Shown here: in pieces, positions 48,053 through 58,137 of the stretch
Layout of the letters: the number at the start of each line of letters is the position of its first letter
Numbering within the stretch: position 1 is the stretch's first letter
Origin: Thermoplasmatota archaeon
GTDB lineage: Archaea > Thermoplasmatota > JAKEGO01
Assembly: GCA_028279595.1 (NCBI GenBank)
Contig: JANQNK010000008.1
Coordinates: 1 to 64,000 of the forward strand
Length of the DNA stretch: 64,000 nt
Direction: 5' to 3'
Notes under the pieces: model-generated
The model's input: the letters and a program-made list of their open reading frames with translations, nothing else
Databases searched by the model: none
What the model was told of the DNA's origin: nothing
Program-made: the position numbers and the translations under genes

Positions 48053-48895
48053 ATGTCTGGCATCGTTTTCCTGGGCACGAGGGACCTGGAGGCCGTCAGG
48101 CGCTTCTACGTCGAAGAGGTCGGGTGCACGATATGGCTCGAACAGGCCGACTGCATCGTCCTGAAGCACGGCAACATGCTCCTCGGGTTCTGCAGCAGGG
48201 ACATACTCGAGATGGGCGGGATCATAACGTTCTTCCTCGACTGCAAGTGCGACGTCGACGTCATGTACAAGCAGATGGGCGAACGCGCGGTCACCCCGCC
48301 GAAGGAGAACTCGAAGTACGGGATCTACCACTTCTTCGCCGCGGACCCGGAGGACAGGCCGGTCGAGTTCCAGTGCTTCCTCCATCCGGTGGCGCCGCAC
48401 CTTCCCGGGGACGACCTGCTGAGGACCAGGAGGAGCGTCAGGAAGTTCGAGGACAGACCGATACCCGAGGACGTCATCGTCCAGGTCTTCGAGCTTTGCA
48501 GATGGGCCCCTACCTCGATGAACAGGCAGCCCTACTATTACATGATAATAGATGACAGACCGACGATGGACTTCCTGGCCTCGGTCCGGGGTTCCAGTTC
48601 GGCCCCGATAGCGGCTGGTCCGCTGGCCATCGCTATCGGTTCGGACCCGGAGCTCTCGAAGAGGCACATCGAGGACGGGGACATAGCCGCCTACCACCTC
48701 CTCCTGGCCGCCTGGGTCCATGGTCTGGGCACCTGCTGGATCGCTGACATGGACCGGTCCGAGGTCAAGGAGCGATTGAACATCCCGCAGGACCACTACG
48801 TCGCGACGGTGACGCCTCTCGGTTATCCCTCGACCGTTCCGCAGCCGCCCGGACGGAAGGACGTCGCGGAGTTCCTCAGGTTTCCCGAGGACTAG
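48053..48895 (+). CDS. VOC-nitroreductase fusion protein
   Basis: N-terminal RRFY..VG...FFAADPEDRPVEFQ; C-terminal RRSVRKF, APTSMNRQP, GLGTCW. Confidence 0.85.
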   Translation: MSGIVFLGTRDLEAVRRFYVEEVGCTIWLEQADCIVLKHGNMLLGFCSRDILEMGGIITFFLDCKCDVDVMYKQMGERAVTPPKENSKYGIYHFFAADPEDRPVEFQCFLHPVAPHLPGDDLLRTRRSVRKFEDRPIPEDVIVQVFELCRWAPTSMNRQPYYYMIIDDRPTMDFLASVRGSSSAPIAAGPLAIAIGSDPELSKRHIEDGDIAAYHLLLAAWVHGLGTCWIADMDRSEVKERLNIPQDHYVATVTPLGYPSTVPQPPGRKDVAEFLRFPED

Positions 48896-49422
48896 AACTT
48901 GTAGGGTCTCATTACTGTAGTATAGTAGCCACTGCCCGTGTATAGCGCAGGCCGTACGTCCACGATGTCGATGCCCTTCTTCCTGTGGGTGTAGACCGCT
49001 TCCGCTATGATCAACTGGTGATCTCCCGCCTCGACCTCGTTGACGACCTTGCACTCGTAGATGACTATGGCCTGCTCGATCAGGACAGAGGAGGTCTTCA
49101 CGGGTTCCCTGCGGGTAAGTCCGGTCTCGGCGAACTTGTCCACCTTCTTGCCGGACCGGGTTCCGCAGTAATGGACCTTGTCAGCATGCTCTATCGGCAT
49201 CAGGTTGATCGCGATCTCCCCGGTCTCCTGGACCTTGTCATAGGTGTGCCGGGATTTCCGGAGCGATATCATGAACAGCGGTGGGCTGGCCGATACCTGC
49301 GACAGCCAGGCTGCTGCCATCATGTTGTCGCCGCTGCTCACCAACGCAGCCGGCATGAACTGCATCTCCATGGCAATGGCTTTTGCGTCTCCCGTCTCCC
49401 ATATCTCGTCCTCGGCGTTCAT
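48892..49422 (-). CDS. Flavin reductase-like (flavoredoxin/DIM6-NTAB) protein
   Basis: SPP, RHT, CGTRSG..VDKF, ECKV, GDH. Confidence 0.85.
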   Translation of the reverse strand: MNAEDEIWETGDAKAIAMEMQFMPAALVSSGDNMMAAAWLSQVSASPPLFMISLRKSRHTYDKVQETGEIAINLMPIEHADKVHYCGTRSGKKVDKFAETGLTRREPVKTSSVLIEQAIVIYECKVVNEVEAGDHQLIIAEAVYTHRKKGIDIVDVRPALYTGSGYYTTVMRPYKF

Positions 49423-49436
49423 TCGATCCACTCCTT

Positions 49437-49916
49437 TCATTCCGTGAACAGTGAAGAGATGATCCGGCAGGCATCCTCCAGGAGCCTGCGGTGGTGAGGG
49501 GGGAAGGCGTCCGGCCTGTGCGAGTCGATGTCCAGTTCACCCACGATCATGCCGTCCACGAATATCGGTAAGACGATCTCGGACCTCACGCTGGGACTGC
49601 ACGAGAGGTAGTTCGTCTCCTCGAGGACGTCCGGTACCACGAAGGTCTCAAGCGTCTCGGCGGCCTGTCCGCAGATGCCCCTGCCGAACGGTATCCTCGT
49701 GTGGTCTGTCGGATCGCCCACGTATGGCCCGAGGACGAGCATCCTCTCCTCGACCGGATCTACCAGGTAGAATCCTGTCCAATCGTAGTCCTCGAACCTG
49801 TCGTCCAGCAGTTCGCATATAGTCATAAGTTTCTGGTCCCTTTCACCTGGCCCGTCGACTATGGCACGGATCCCATCGATGACGGCGGATGCGGTCAAAG
49901 AGAAGTCGTCGCCCAT
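49437..49916 (-). CDS. GAF protein, free methionine-(R)-sulfoxide reductase-like
   Basis: WTGFYL, LGPYVG, GRGICG, VPDV..NYLSC...SEIVLP, LDIDS. Confidence 0.85.
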   Translation of the reverse strand: MGDDFSLTASAVIDGIRAIVDGPGERDQKLMTICELLDDRFEDYDWTGFYLVDPVEERMLVLGPYVGDPTDHTRIPFGRGICGQAAETLETFVVPDVLEETNYLSCSPSVRSEIVLPIFVDGMIVGELDIDSHRPDAFPPHHRRLLEDACRIISSLFTE

Positions 49917-49920
49917 AACA

Positions 49921-50352
49921 TCACTCGCCGAAAGCGCCGATGAGGAAGGACCTGATGTCCTCCCGCAGCTTCCTGAAGGCTTCGAGCCTGTCCTTGGCAT
50001 AGTAGGGATCGGGGAATCCGTGGTGCATGACGAACCTCGCGTTCGAGAACGTCGGACAGATCTCCTGGGCATTGTCGCACAGGGTCATCACGTAGTCGAA
50101 TGTCCGGTCCTCGAAATCACGGATGTGCTTCGACTTCTGCGCGGAGATGTCTATCCCGACCTCCTCGAGTACCTTGATCGCCCAGGGGCTGACTGGCGAC
50201 GGCGCGACGCCGGCGCTGGTCACCTCGTACCTGTCGCCGTACATCTCCCGCAGGAGTCCCTCGGCCATCTGCGACCTAGCAGAGTTCGCGGTGCAAACGA
50301 ACATGACTGTCTTCTTTTCCTTCCCGCCGGTTCCCTTCTTCGCCTTGGCCAT
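49921..50352 (-). CDS. arsC: LMW-PTP family arsenate reductase
   Basis: FVCTANSARSQMAEG, TLCD...CP, FPDP. Confidence 0.88.
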   Translation of the reverse strand: MAKAKKGTGGKEKKTVMFVCTANSARSQMAEGLLREMYGDRYEVTSAGVAPSPVSPWAIKVLEEVGIDISAQKSKHIRDFEDRTFDYVMTLCDNAQEICPTFSNARFVMHHGFPDPYYAKDRLEAFRKLREDIRSFLIGAFGE

Positions 50353-50426
50353 GATAACCACTCCCTGGAACGGTATCGAGACTTATTAGTTTTACCTGAA
50401 ACGGGGGCCCTTCATAAAATTCGCCA

Positions 50427-51062
50427 TCACTTGAAGACCTCGCCGGCCTCCAGGTACCATAGGACGAGGTCCAGTTCGTCCATCGGGATCCCGATGCCGT
50501 CCGAGAACCCCGCCATCGCCTGTTCTATCTCGATATATCGTTTCGGGGTCGTCGACGATGGGACCTCATCCAACACACCGAGCTCGACGAGGTTCCCGAG
50601 GATGTGCCTGTCGAGGATCGCGAGGCGCTGACCGCGGCCGACGTTCCTCAGGAAGTGGCTCGCCTCCTTGTATCCGAGACCGTTGACGTTATCGACCAGC
50701 CATTCCCTTGCAGCGGCGGGAGGTCCATCGATATGCTTCCGAACCGCAAGGACGCCGTCCTCAGTGAACAGCTCGCGGGCTGTGACCACGCGCTTCGCCT
50801 TCGTGAACCTGAAACGCACCCGCCGTAATGGTTCGTGCAGCTCTTCCTCGGTGCACTGCTCGAGTAGGCCCAGGGATTCGATGTCGAGGAGAGCGTTCCA
50901 GCAGCTTCTCGCCTTCGACTGGGGCGTGAGCAGACAGAAGACGAGTTCCCTGAACAGGACCTCATCCGTGCCGTCGCGCCAGATGGCGTCGAACTCGGCC
51001 AGACGGTCCCGTACGTCGTGGATGATGGATTCATGGACCTTCTTCAATTCATTGACCGTCAA
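50427..51062 (-). CDS. ogg: N-glycosylase/DNA lyase (8-oxoguanine DNA glycosylase)
   Basis: ELVFCLLT, GLGYKEASHFLRNVG, ILDRH, LDLVLW. Confidence 0.92.
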   Translation of the reverse strand: MTVNELKKVHESIIHDVRDRLAEFDAIWRDGTDEVLFRELVFCLLTPQSKARSCWNALLDIESLGLLEQCTEEELHEPLRRVRFRFTKAKRVVTARELFTEDGVLAVRKHIDGPPAAAREWLVDNVNGLGYKEASHFLRNVGRGQRLAILDRHILGNLVELGVLDEVPSSTTPKRYIEIEQAMAGFSDGIGIPMDELDLVLWYLEAGEVFK

Positions 51063-51086
51063 TCCGTCCGTGGGACCATCTCCCCT

Positions 51087-51434
51087 TCAATCGTCCTTCA
51101 GGCCGTCCCATGCCTCGAATGCCCGTCTGAGATGCGGGATCGTAATCGAGCCTCCGACGACGAGGCCGATGGACATGGCCTCCTCGACCTCCGCGTCGGA
51201 GACGCCCTCCTCGTGACATCGGATCAGGTGGTATTCGATGCAGTCGTCGCAGCGTAGCACGAGGGACGCCACGAGCCCGAGCATCTCCTTCGTCGAGGCG
51301 GGAAGCGCGCCCTCACGATAGACCTGGCTGTCGAGTCCGTAGAAGCGTTTGATCCCCTGTCCCGCGTATTGCATCACAAGGTCGTTCAGCCTCTCCCTCT
51401 CGGCCTCGAAATCCCTGTCGTGATCGTGTGACAT
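51087..51434 (-). CDS. Carboxymuconolactone decarboxylase/AhpD family protein
   Basis: KEMLGL..SLVLRCDDCIEYH, VGGSI. Confidence 0.88.
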   Translation of the reverse strand: MSHDHDRDFEAERERLNDLVMQYAGQGIKRFYGLDSQVYREGALPASTKEMLGLVASLVLRCDDCIEYHLIRCHEEGVSDAEVEEAMSIGLVVGGSITIPHLRRAFEAWDGLKDD

Positions 51435-51490
51435 TCACATCTCCCCCGTCGGTGAAATGAATCGCCGCATAAAACATCTCGCCCGGGCCG

Positions 51491-53902
51491 TCACTTGGCC
51501 GGCTCCCATTTCCGAAGCAGGAGCGAGAGAGATATAACGCTGAACGAGCTGAGCGCCATGGCCATGGCCCCGAGCTCCGGTCTGAACGTCCATCCCGTGA
51601 CCGGGAACAGCATGCCGGCGGCCAGCGGTATCAGGGCGGTGTTGTAGGCGAAGGCCCAGAAGAGGTTCCCGCGTATACGCGACATGACCTTGCGTCCTAG
51701 CTGGACCGCTGCCGCGGTGTCGAGAGGATCATCGCCGACCAGGACGACCTCGCCGGCCTCGACTGCCACGTCGGTGCCGCTTCCGATGGCGATCCCCACA
51801 TCGGCCTGGGCCAGTGCGGGCGCATCGTTGATCCCGTCGCCGACGAACGCCACGACCTCTCCGCTCTCCTGCATCCTCCTGACGACGTCGGCCTTCCCTC
51901 CGGGGAGCACCCCCGCGTGGACGTTCTGGATACCTATCCGACGGGCGACCGCTCCGGCAGTATCGGGGTTGTCGCCGGTGACCATCGCAACATCGATGCC
52001 CATCCCCTTGAGAACCTTCACGGCCTTCCGCGACGTTCCCTTGACGGGGTCCGAGACCGCGATCAGTCCGACCACCTCGCTTCCGGAGGCGACCGCTATG
52101 ACCGTCTTCCCCGCCATCTCCATCTTCGCCATCCGGGCGGAGACCTTGCCGTCGATCGACACGGACCGCTCCTCCATCATCGACCTGTTGCCAACGGAGA
52201 CCACGTTCACGCCGACCGCGGCAGAGATGCCCTTGCCCTCGACCGTTTCGAATCCCGTGGCCTCCATGGCACTTGCGGCCTCTTCCTTGGCGGCATTGAC
52301 GACAGCCTCCGCGAGAGGGTGCTGGGACCCAGCCTCGACCGCTGCCGCCATCCCGAGGAGTTCCGGACGTTCGACGCCGTACGTAACGACGTCGGTAACC
52401 CTCGGTTCTCCCTCCGTAAGGGTGCCTGTCTTGTCGAAGAGGACGACGGAAATGTCATCGGCCCTCTCGAGGGCCTCCCCCTCCTTGATCAGGATCCCGA
52501 GCTCTGCTCCACGGCCGACCCCGACCGTTACGGCCGTCGGTGTCGCAAGTCCGAGAGCGCAGGGACAGGCGATGACGAGAACCGCTATTGCCGTCGTGAG
52601 TGCGAAGAGGAGGGTCGAGCCCCCAACGAGATACCATCCGAGGAATGCCACGATCGCTATGGTCAAGACCGCTGGTATGAAGACCGTCACGGCCCTGTCG
52701 GCCAGACGCTGTACTGGAGGCCTCGATCCCTGGGCCCTCTCGACCATCTCGATGATCCTGAACAGGGCGGTATCGCGTCCGACGGCGGTGGCCTCGAACC
52801 TGATCAGGCCGTTCCTCACGAGGGTTCCGCCGGTAACATCAGCGCCGACGTCCTTGACCACCGGCATCGGCTCTCCCGTCATCATGGACTCGTCGATCGT
52901 GCCGGAACCATCGATGACCTTGCCGTCCACCGGCACGCGGGATCCGGGCTTGACAACGACCGTATCCCCCTTCCTGACCTCGTCTACCGGCACCTCGACC
53001 TCCTGGCCGTCACGAAGGACGATGGCCACGTCGGGACGCAGGTCCATCAGCTTCCTGATCGCGTCGGAGGTCCGGCCCTTTGCCCGGGCCTCGAGGTACC
53101 GTCCGAGGGTGAGGAACGACGCCAGCATGAGTGCCGTGTCGTAGAACATGAAATGTGGTGTCAGGACGATGCGGAACGTACCCAGGACGGAGGAGCCGTA
53201 GGCCACTCCGATGCCCATGGCGTACATCACGTCCATGTCCAGATGTCGATTGCTGAGCGAACTGAAGGCGGCGGAGAAAATGGGATAGGCTAGATAGACG
53301 AAGAACGGGAGGGAGATGGCGAACATGAGGATGCCCATGGGGAGCGGGAGTTCCGGACGGAGGTGCATGACGGCCATCATAGGGATCGATACCGCGAAAC
53401 CCATGACTATCCGCCTGAACTTCGAGCGGAGGTCAGCACGGTGCTCCTCCTCGGCAGCGTCCCTGGCCTCACCCGCGAGGCCGAGGTACTTGAAGCCGAG
53501 GTCCTCGATGGCGGTCTTCATGTCGCCGAGGCTCGCGGACCTTGGATCGTACTCGATGGTGGCGGTCTCGGTCGCGAGGTTGACGTTCGCCTCGCTGATC
53601 CCGTCCACCTTGTGGAGCGCCTTCGTGACATTGGCCACGCAGGAGGCGCAGTGCATTCCTCCGATACGGATGTCAACGTGGTCGGAGACCACTCCGAAGC
53701 CGGCTTCCTCGACGGCCGTCTTCAGGTCGTCCGGGGAGACGTCGAGATGGCTAACGGTAGCGATCTCGGTCGCAAGGTTGACGTCTGCGGCCTCCACACC
53801 CTCTACGTTCCGCAACGCTTTCGCTACGTTCGAGGAACATGCGGCGCAGTGCATTCCCGATATGCGGAGCTCGGTGATGCTGGTCCCTTCGTCGTCCGCC
53901 AT
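51491..53902 (-). CDS. copA: Cu(I)-translocating P1B-type ATPase
   Basis: 2x GMHCxxC, TGE, CPCALGLA, DKTGT, GDGINDAP, YN, MxxSS. Confidence 0.95.
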   Translation of the reverse strand: MADDEGTSITELRISGMHCAACSSNVAKALRNVEGVEAADVNLATEIATVSHLDVSPDDLKTAVEEAGFGVVSDHVDIRIGGMHCASCVANVTKALHKVDGISEANVNLATETATIEYDPRSASLGDMKTAIEDLGFKYLGLAGEARDAAEEEHRADLRSKFRRIVMGFAVSIPMMAVMHLRPELPLPMGILMFAISLPFFVYLAYPIFSAAFSSLSNRHLDMDVMYAMGIGVAYGSSVLGTFRIVLTPHFMFYDTALMLASFLTLGRYLEARAKGRTSDAIRKLMDLRPDVAIVLRDGQEVEVPVDEVRKGDTVVVKPGSRVPVDGKVIDGSGTIDESMMTGEPMPVVKDVGADVTGGTLVRNGLIRFEATAVGRDTALFRIIEMVERAQGSRPPVQRLADRAVTVFIPAVLTIAIVAFLGWYLVGGSTLLFALTTAIAVLVIACPCALGLATPTAVTVGVGRGAELGILIKEGEALERADDISVVLFDKTGTLTEGEPRVTDVVTYGVERPELLGMAAAVEAGSQHPLAEAVVNAAKEEAASAMEATGFETVEGKGISAAVGVNVVSVGNRSMMEERSVSIDGKVSARMAKMEMAGKTVIAVASGSEVVGLIAVSDPVKGTSRKAVKVLKGMGIDVAMVTGDNPDTAGAVARRIGIQNVHAGVLPGGKADVVRRMQESGEVVAFVGDGINDAPALAQADVGIAIGSGTDVAVEAGEVVLVGDDPLDTAAAVQLGRKVMSRIRGNLFWAFAYNTALIPLAAGMLFPVTGWTFRPELGAMAMALSSFSVISLSLLLRKWEPAK

Positions 53903-53986
53903 CGCTACCGATTATGCCTTGACACCCTTATAATGGCCTTTCCCTAAATTAGAGGTCAAGCGTTGGAGCGTCATTTCGAAGCGGGC

Positions 53987-55171
53987 TCAGAGCAGTCTCT
54001 TCTCGCCCTCGAGCTTCTGCAGCCTGGCGATGTCCTGTGAGGCCTCGAGGACGCCCAGGTACTTTCCGTCCTGGTCGTGGACTGCGAAGTACTGGATGAG
54101 GACCTTGCTGTCACCAAGGTCGATCCAGAACTCGGCCTCGGTCCTCGTGCCGTCACGCATCTCGTCCAGGATCTTCTGGACCATGTGCATGCTCTTCTGC
54201 GGATGGCAGCCCTGCACCGTCCGCCCGATGACCGACTTGGACCTCGGGAAGATCCTGTCCGGGGCGTCGTTGAAGTAGCGGACGTGGTCCTCGGCCCCGA
54301 CGAACGAGATATCGATGGGCAGCCTGTTCAGGATGGCCTCGAGTTCCACGAGTGTCAGTGTCCCCGTATCGAAGGCAACCTCGCCCTCGCCCATCTCCAC
54401 GCGGGCGGCCTCCTCGCCCTCGACGGGGTCCGGCGTGAATCCGCAGTAACCGAAGTCGTCGAACTCGCTCCTTATCTGCTTCCATTCGTCCCCCTCGATG
54501 ACCGTCAGGGCGGTCGGGAAGAGGATGTTGTTCTCCTTGTAGAAGTGGTTGACCATGAGCTCGTTGAGTTCCGAGCATACCCTCTCGAGCGACTCGGAGA
54601 AGTCGCGATGGCCCATCTTCTCCCTGTCCTCGAAGAGCGTGAAGAGGGCCTTCTTCCCCTCGCGTATCTGATCGTGGTCCATCCACATGATGGCGGGCGG
54701 ACCGGTGATCCCCTTCTTCTCCAGGGTGGGGAATAGGACGTTCTCCTCGCGGACGTAGTGGACCTCTGCGTCCCTGAGGTGCTGGACGATGTGCTCGGCC
54801 TTCTCGAGCGCCTCGGCGTCGGGTTCCGTCCCGCTGTTGCGAAGGACGTCGGCAGCGTCCTGGAGGGAGCACATGAACTCCTTGAACATGTCATGCTCGC
54901 GCATGAGGATCCCGATGGGATGGTCTAGGGGCGCCAGTGGTTCGCCCTTCTCGAGCTGCTCCTTGAACACCTCGATGTGGACGTCGCAGAGCCGGTGCAT
55001 CTCCTTCTTCTGCATGCCCTCCTGGAGAAGCTCCTCCTCGATCTTCGATATCTGATCGGGACCGACCTCGTCGAGGATGCCCTTGAACTCGGCCTTCAAC
55101 TCCTCCGGGTCGGCTCCCTCGTGCAGGCGTCTGATCATGTCCTTGAGTGCTTCCTTCCGATCGTCGTCCAT
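53987..55171 (-). CDS. DUF438/hemerythrin/PAS domain protein
   Basis: LCDVH, HP...EH, HY.REEN.LFP, KENNILFP, LPIDISFV, CHP. Confidence 0.85.
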   Translation of the reverse strand: MDDDRKEALKDMIRRLHEGADPEELKAEFKGILDEVGPDQISKIEEELLQEGMQKKEMHRLCDVHIEVFKEQLEKGEPLAPLDHPIGILMREHDMFKEFMCSLQDAADVLRNSGTEPDAEALEKAEHIVQHLRDAEVHYVREENVLFPTLEKKGITGPPAIMWMDHDQIREGKKALFTLFEDREKMGHRDFSESLERVCSELNELMVNHFYKENNILFPTALTVIEGDEWKQIRSEFDDFGYCGFTPDPVEGEEAARVEMGEGEVAFDTGTLTLVELEAILNRLPIDISFVGAEDHVRYFNDAPDRIFPRSKSVIGRTVQGCHPQKSMHMVQKILDEMRDGTRTEAEFWIDLGDSKVLIQYFAVHDQDGKYLGVLEASQDIARLQKLEGEKRLL

Positions 55172-55214
55172 CTCATCATCTCCATTATCAGTGATAGTCA
55201 TCTACTAGGTCCCA

Positions 55215-55571
55215 TCACCGTGATCTTATCATCACGAGGAGCATCTTGAAGGGTTCGGGCGCGTGCAGCGAGTGCGGCACGTTCGCGGGCATTATGATGA
55301 ACTCGCCCGCCTTGACGTGGTGCGCCTCGCCGTCGATCATGACGTGGGCCAGGCCATCGAGGATCTGCACGTAGGCGTCGAACGGCGCAGTATGCTCGCT
55401 CAGTCCCTGGCCGGCTCCGAAGGCGAAGACGGTGATCGTCCCTACGTCCCTGTCGACGAGCGTCCGGCTGACCACGGACCCCTCCTGGACAGCTATCATT
55501 CCGGCGAGGTCGAGCGCCACGGCGGCGTCGACCTTCCTGCCCTCGTCACCAGACGAACCTTCCATTGTCAC
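55215..55571 (-). CDS. Cupin domain protein
   Basis: FAFGAGQGLSEHTAPFDA, MPANVPH. Confidence 0.9.
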   Translation of the reverse strand: MTMEGSSGDEGRKVDAAVALDLAGMIAVQEGSVVSRTLVDRDVGTITVFAFGAGQGLSEHTAPFDAYVQILDGLAHVMIDGEAHHVKAGEFIIMPANVPHSLHAPEPFKMLLVMIRSR

Positions 55572-55787
55572 AGCTCCGGCTGAAGATTCGACCTTGGGGT
55601 TATATCCTTTTCCCTAACTGATTCCCTGATAGAGTGTACTGGTGATGCGCGTTGATGTCCTACCGGATCGACATCGAGCGCGTCCTTCCATGAATTATCG
55701 TGAAGGGATCAGGTGAAGGACCAAGGCTCGTCACTTCCGCACCGGTCCCCGGGAAAGATATATTACCACTCGCGCCGGTCAGGGAGC

Positions 55788-56531
55788 ATGACCGGTCTCA
55801 GGGACGTCCTTCTCAAGAGGATGACTCCAGAGGAGTTGGACCAGAGGGTCGAAGGCGTCCGTAACGAGTTCGCGGGCCTCATCGACGAGGAGGCGGCGAC
55901 CTACATCATCGCCGGGGACAGGGGAGACCTGAAGGGCGCCCTGGTGCCGATATCCCAACTCGAGGATGGGATGTGGGCCAGCATATCCGGGAACGTCCTC
56001 TCGACCGGTTCCTCGAGTGGCGGCAAGGACGTCGCATGGGCCGTCGTCGGGGACGGGTCCGCGAGGATAAGATGCGTGTTCTGGAGGCGGGAGCACATCG
56101 AGATGGTCCGATCCAAGACCCTGGTCGAGGGTGCCACCGTCCGGCTCATCAACGGCCGGGTCAGACCGGGGCAGGACCTGGAGTTCCACATCGATTCGAA
56201 GGGCGTCATCGAGATACTTGGGGACGACCTCGTGGAGATATCTTCCATTTCCGTCGGCGACGTCGTGAGCATCAAGGGGGTCGTCAGCGACGCCGCGCCG
56301 ACAAGGGAGTTCAACCGCCGGGACGGTAGCGTCGGGAGGGTCGCCTCCATGACGCTGTTCGACGGGTCCGGGGATGTAAGGGCCGTTTTCTGGGACGACG
56401 ACGCTTCCCGCTGCTCCGATGTCCTCGTTGGCGACGAGGTCTCGCTCCGCGGCGGACTGGTCAAGGAGCGCAACGGCCTCCTCGAGGTCCACGCCTCCCG
56501 GGGGACCCGGATCGAGGTCAAGAGGGGCTGA
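55788..56531 (+). CDS. RPA-like OB-fold ssDNA-binding protein
   Basis: GLIDEEAA N-terminus; two OB folds (D.S..IR.VFW; REFNRRDGS.GRV..L.DGSG.VR..FW). Confidence 0.8.
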   Translation: MTGLRDVLLKRMTPEELDQRVEGVRNEFAGLIDEEAATYIIAGDRGDLKGALVPISQLEDGMWASISGNVLSTGSSSGGKDVAWAVVGDGSARIRCVFWRREHIEMVRSKTLVEGATVRLINGRVRPGQDLEFHIDSKGVIEILGDDLVEISSISVGDVVSIKGVVSDAAPTREFNRRDGSVGRVASMTLFDGSGDVRAVFWDDDASRCSDVLVGDEVSLRGGLVKERNGLLEVHASRGTRIEVKRG

Positions 56532-56580
56532 CCGGAAGCGATAAATGGTGCCCGGCGATTCCAACCGTTGAGGGGAGCCG

Positions 56581-57174
56581 ATGGATACCAGGATGACCAT
56601 GCAGACCGGGACGATGGTACTGATCTTCGCGTTGATGGCGATCATAGCATCCGGAATACTGGCGGTAGCAGCCCACCAGAGGGCGGCCGACCACTACGTG
56701 GATGGCGAGGAGATGATGGAGGGCTTCCCATCCAGTGCGGAGGTCAAGGCCTGGAACGAGGAGATGGACGGGATCTACGACGCCATCGCCCTCGCCGGTC
56801 TTCTCCTGATGACGGGAATTGCCCTCGGATTCCTCGGGAGCGTGCTCGTGATACTTTCCGCAGCAATGATGTCCGGGACCGAGGATTCGGCATCCATCAT
56901 GAAGGGCATCACTGGCACGCTGATGATGTTCGTGGTAATAGGCACTGTACTTACGATTGCGGGCCAGGGGATGATCTACGGCGCCGCCGTCGATGACGTC
57001 GATGGTTTCGACGGTGAGGAGCTCGCCGCCCGCGAGAGGACCTTCGGACAGGGAAGCATCATGACGGCCCTCGGACTGACGCTGCTGCTCTTCACGATGC
57101 TGTCCCTGGGTTTCACACTTGACCGTTGGATGGACCATAATGATGGGGAATGGCCGAGATCGCCCTATCCCTGA
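56581..57174 (+). CDS. Multi-pass membrane protein
   Basis: Four hydrophobic segments; GAGGGG RBS. Confidence 0.7.
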   Translation: MDTRMTMQTGTMVLIFALMAIIASGILAVAAHQRAADHYVDGEEMMEGFPSSAEVKAWNEEMDGIYDAIALAGLLLMTGIALGFLGSVLVILSAAMMSGTEDSASIMKGITGTLMMFVVIGTVLTIAGQGMIYGAAVDDVDGFDGEELAARERTFGQGSIMTALGLTLLLFTMLSLGFTLDRWMDHNDGEWPRSPYP

Positions 57175-57558
57175 TCAAAGGTCGTCGGGGCGAAGGACCG
57201 AGGACCTCTTCGATGCCCAGATCCCAACGAGGAACACGACCAGAATTATCTGCACGGCGGCAACGATTATGCTCGGTATCATACCGGGATGGTCCTCGGC
57301 CAGTTCTACGAATCCAGGTCCCACCAGTCCGAGGAACAGGAGGAAGTACAGCAGGAACCCGATGGAGCCGGTCTGAAGGGACTTCAGGGCTGCACGTTCA
57401 CGGTCGTCGGGGTATTTCGAACCGACATAGTATCCTGCCATTATGATGCACAGAAGGGCGATGATCGGATGGATCAGGGAACCTAGGAGTATCAGCAGCG
57501 AGCCCTTCCACCATGCCGGCATCGCCTCGATGGCCCTCAAGGTCCACAGTCTCCTCAA
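57175..57558 (-). CDS. Small membrane protein
   Basis: Hydrophobic segments; GGAAGTGA upstream of TTG. Confidence 0.65.
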   Translation of the reverse strand: MRRLWTLRAIEAMPAWWKGSLLILLGSLIHPIIALLCIIMAGYYVGSKYPDDRERAALKSLQTGSIGFLLYFLLFLGLVGPGFVELAEDHPGMIPSIIVAAVQIILVVFLVGIWASKRSSVLRPDDL

Positions 57559-57627
57559 TCTATCACTTCCGTGGTATCCCGGTAACCTGTATAATAATGT
57601 TCAGTAACTGGGGGAGTCTCAGCCTGA

Positions 57628-58137
57628 TCATCGACGTCTCCGGAACGACAAGGCAGTGACAGCTAAAAGCGCAGCGACAACGAGGCCCGCTCCGAACCCC
57701 GGGGTCTCGTTCCCGTCGTCCTTCTTCGGCGGCGGCGCTGCGCCCTCGAGGACTGTGAGGTCCAGCTCCCTGCTCACCTTCATGTGGGTGGCGTTCTCAG
57801 TGTAGTCGACCGTGATGTTGAAGCCGACGTATCCCGGCGGGAACTTGTGCGCCATGAAGGTGTACGTGAATGTCCCCGAATGATTGACCATCGAGATCGG
57901 GATCGAACAGACCGTGTCGGTGCAGTAGGTTATCTTGACCCCAGTGACGTTCTCGAGGTTCTGCACGGTCGCGTTTATCGTGATGTCCTGGTCGGACCTC
58001 GGCTCCGCCGGAAGCGCCGAGATCGACACTATCTCCGGAGCGGCCTCAACGCTGGTCGGAACGAGCGCAAGGACCACTGTTAGGACCATCAGGAAGCCGA
58101 CGATGCGGCCGTGGGTGGATGCCATCATCTCATTCAT
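57628..58137 (-). CDS. PGF-CTERM surface protein with one Ig-like domain
   Basis: Signal peptide; TPGFGAGLVVAALLAVTALSFRRRR. Confidence 0.82.
   Translation of the reverse strand: MNEMMASTHGRIVGFLMVLTVVLALVPTSVEAAPEIVSISALPAEPRSDQDITINATVQNLENVTGVKITYCTDTVCSIPISMVNHSGTFTYTFMAHKFPPGYVGFNITVDYTENATHMKVSRELDLTVLEGAAPPPKKDDGNETPGFGAGLVVAALLAVTALSFRRRR

Noticed and set aside
49917-50072. Extension of the GAF ORF
   Set aside because: Overlaps arsC; the GAF domain starts at 49916
51684-53293. Long antisense ORFs (486 and 458 aa) over copA, and similar ones at 3635, 20123, 25584 and 59801
   Set aside because: Shadow frames expected from high-GC3 coding DNA; no motifs or RBS support
55641-55664. GGTGATG...GTTGATGTCCTAC resembling a fluoride riboswitch
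   Set aside because: Elements are too close together, the P1 partner is missing, and no fluoride-related gene lies downstream
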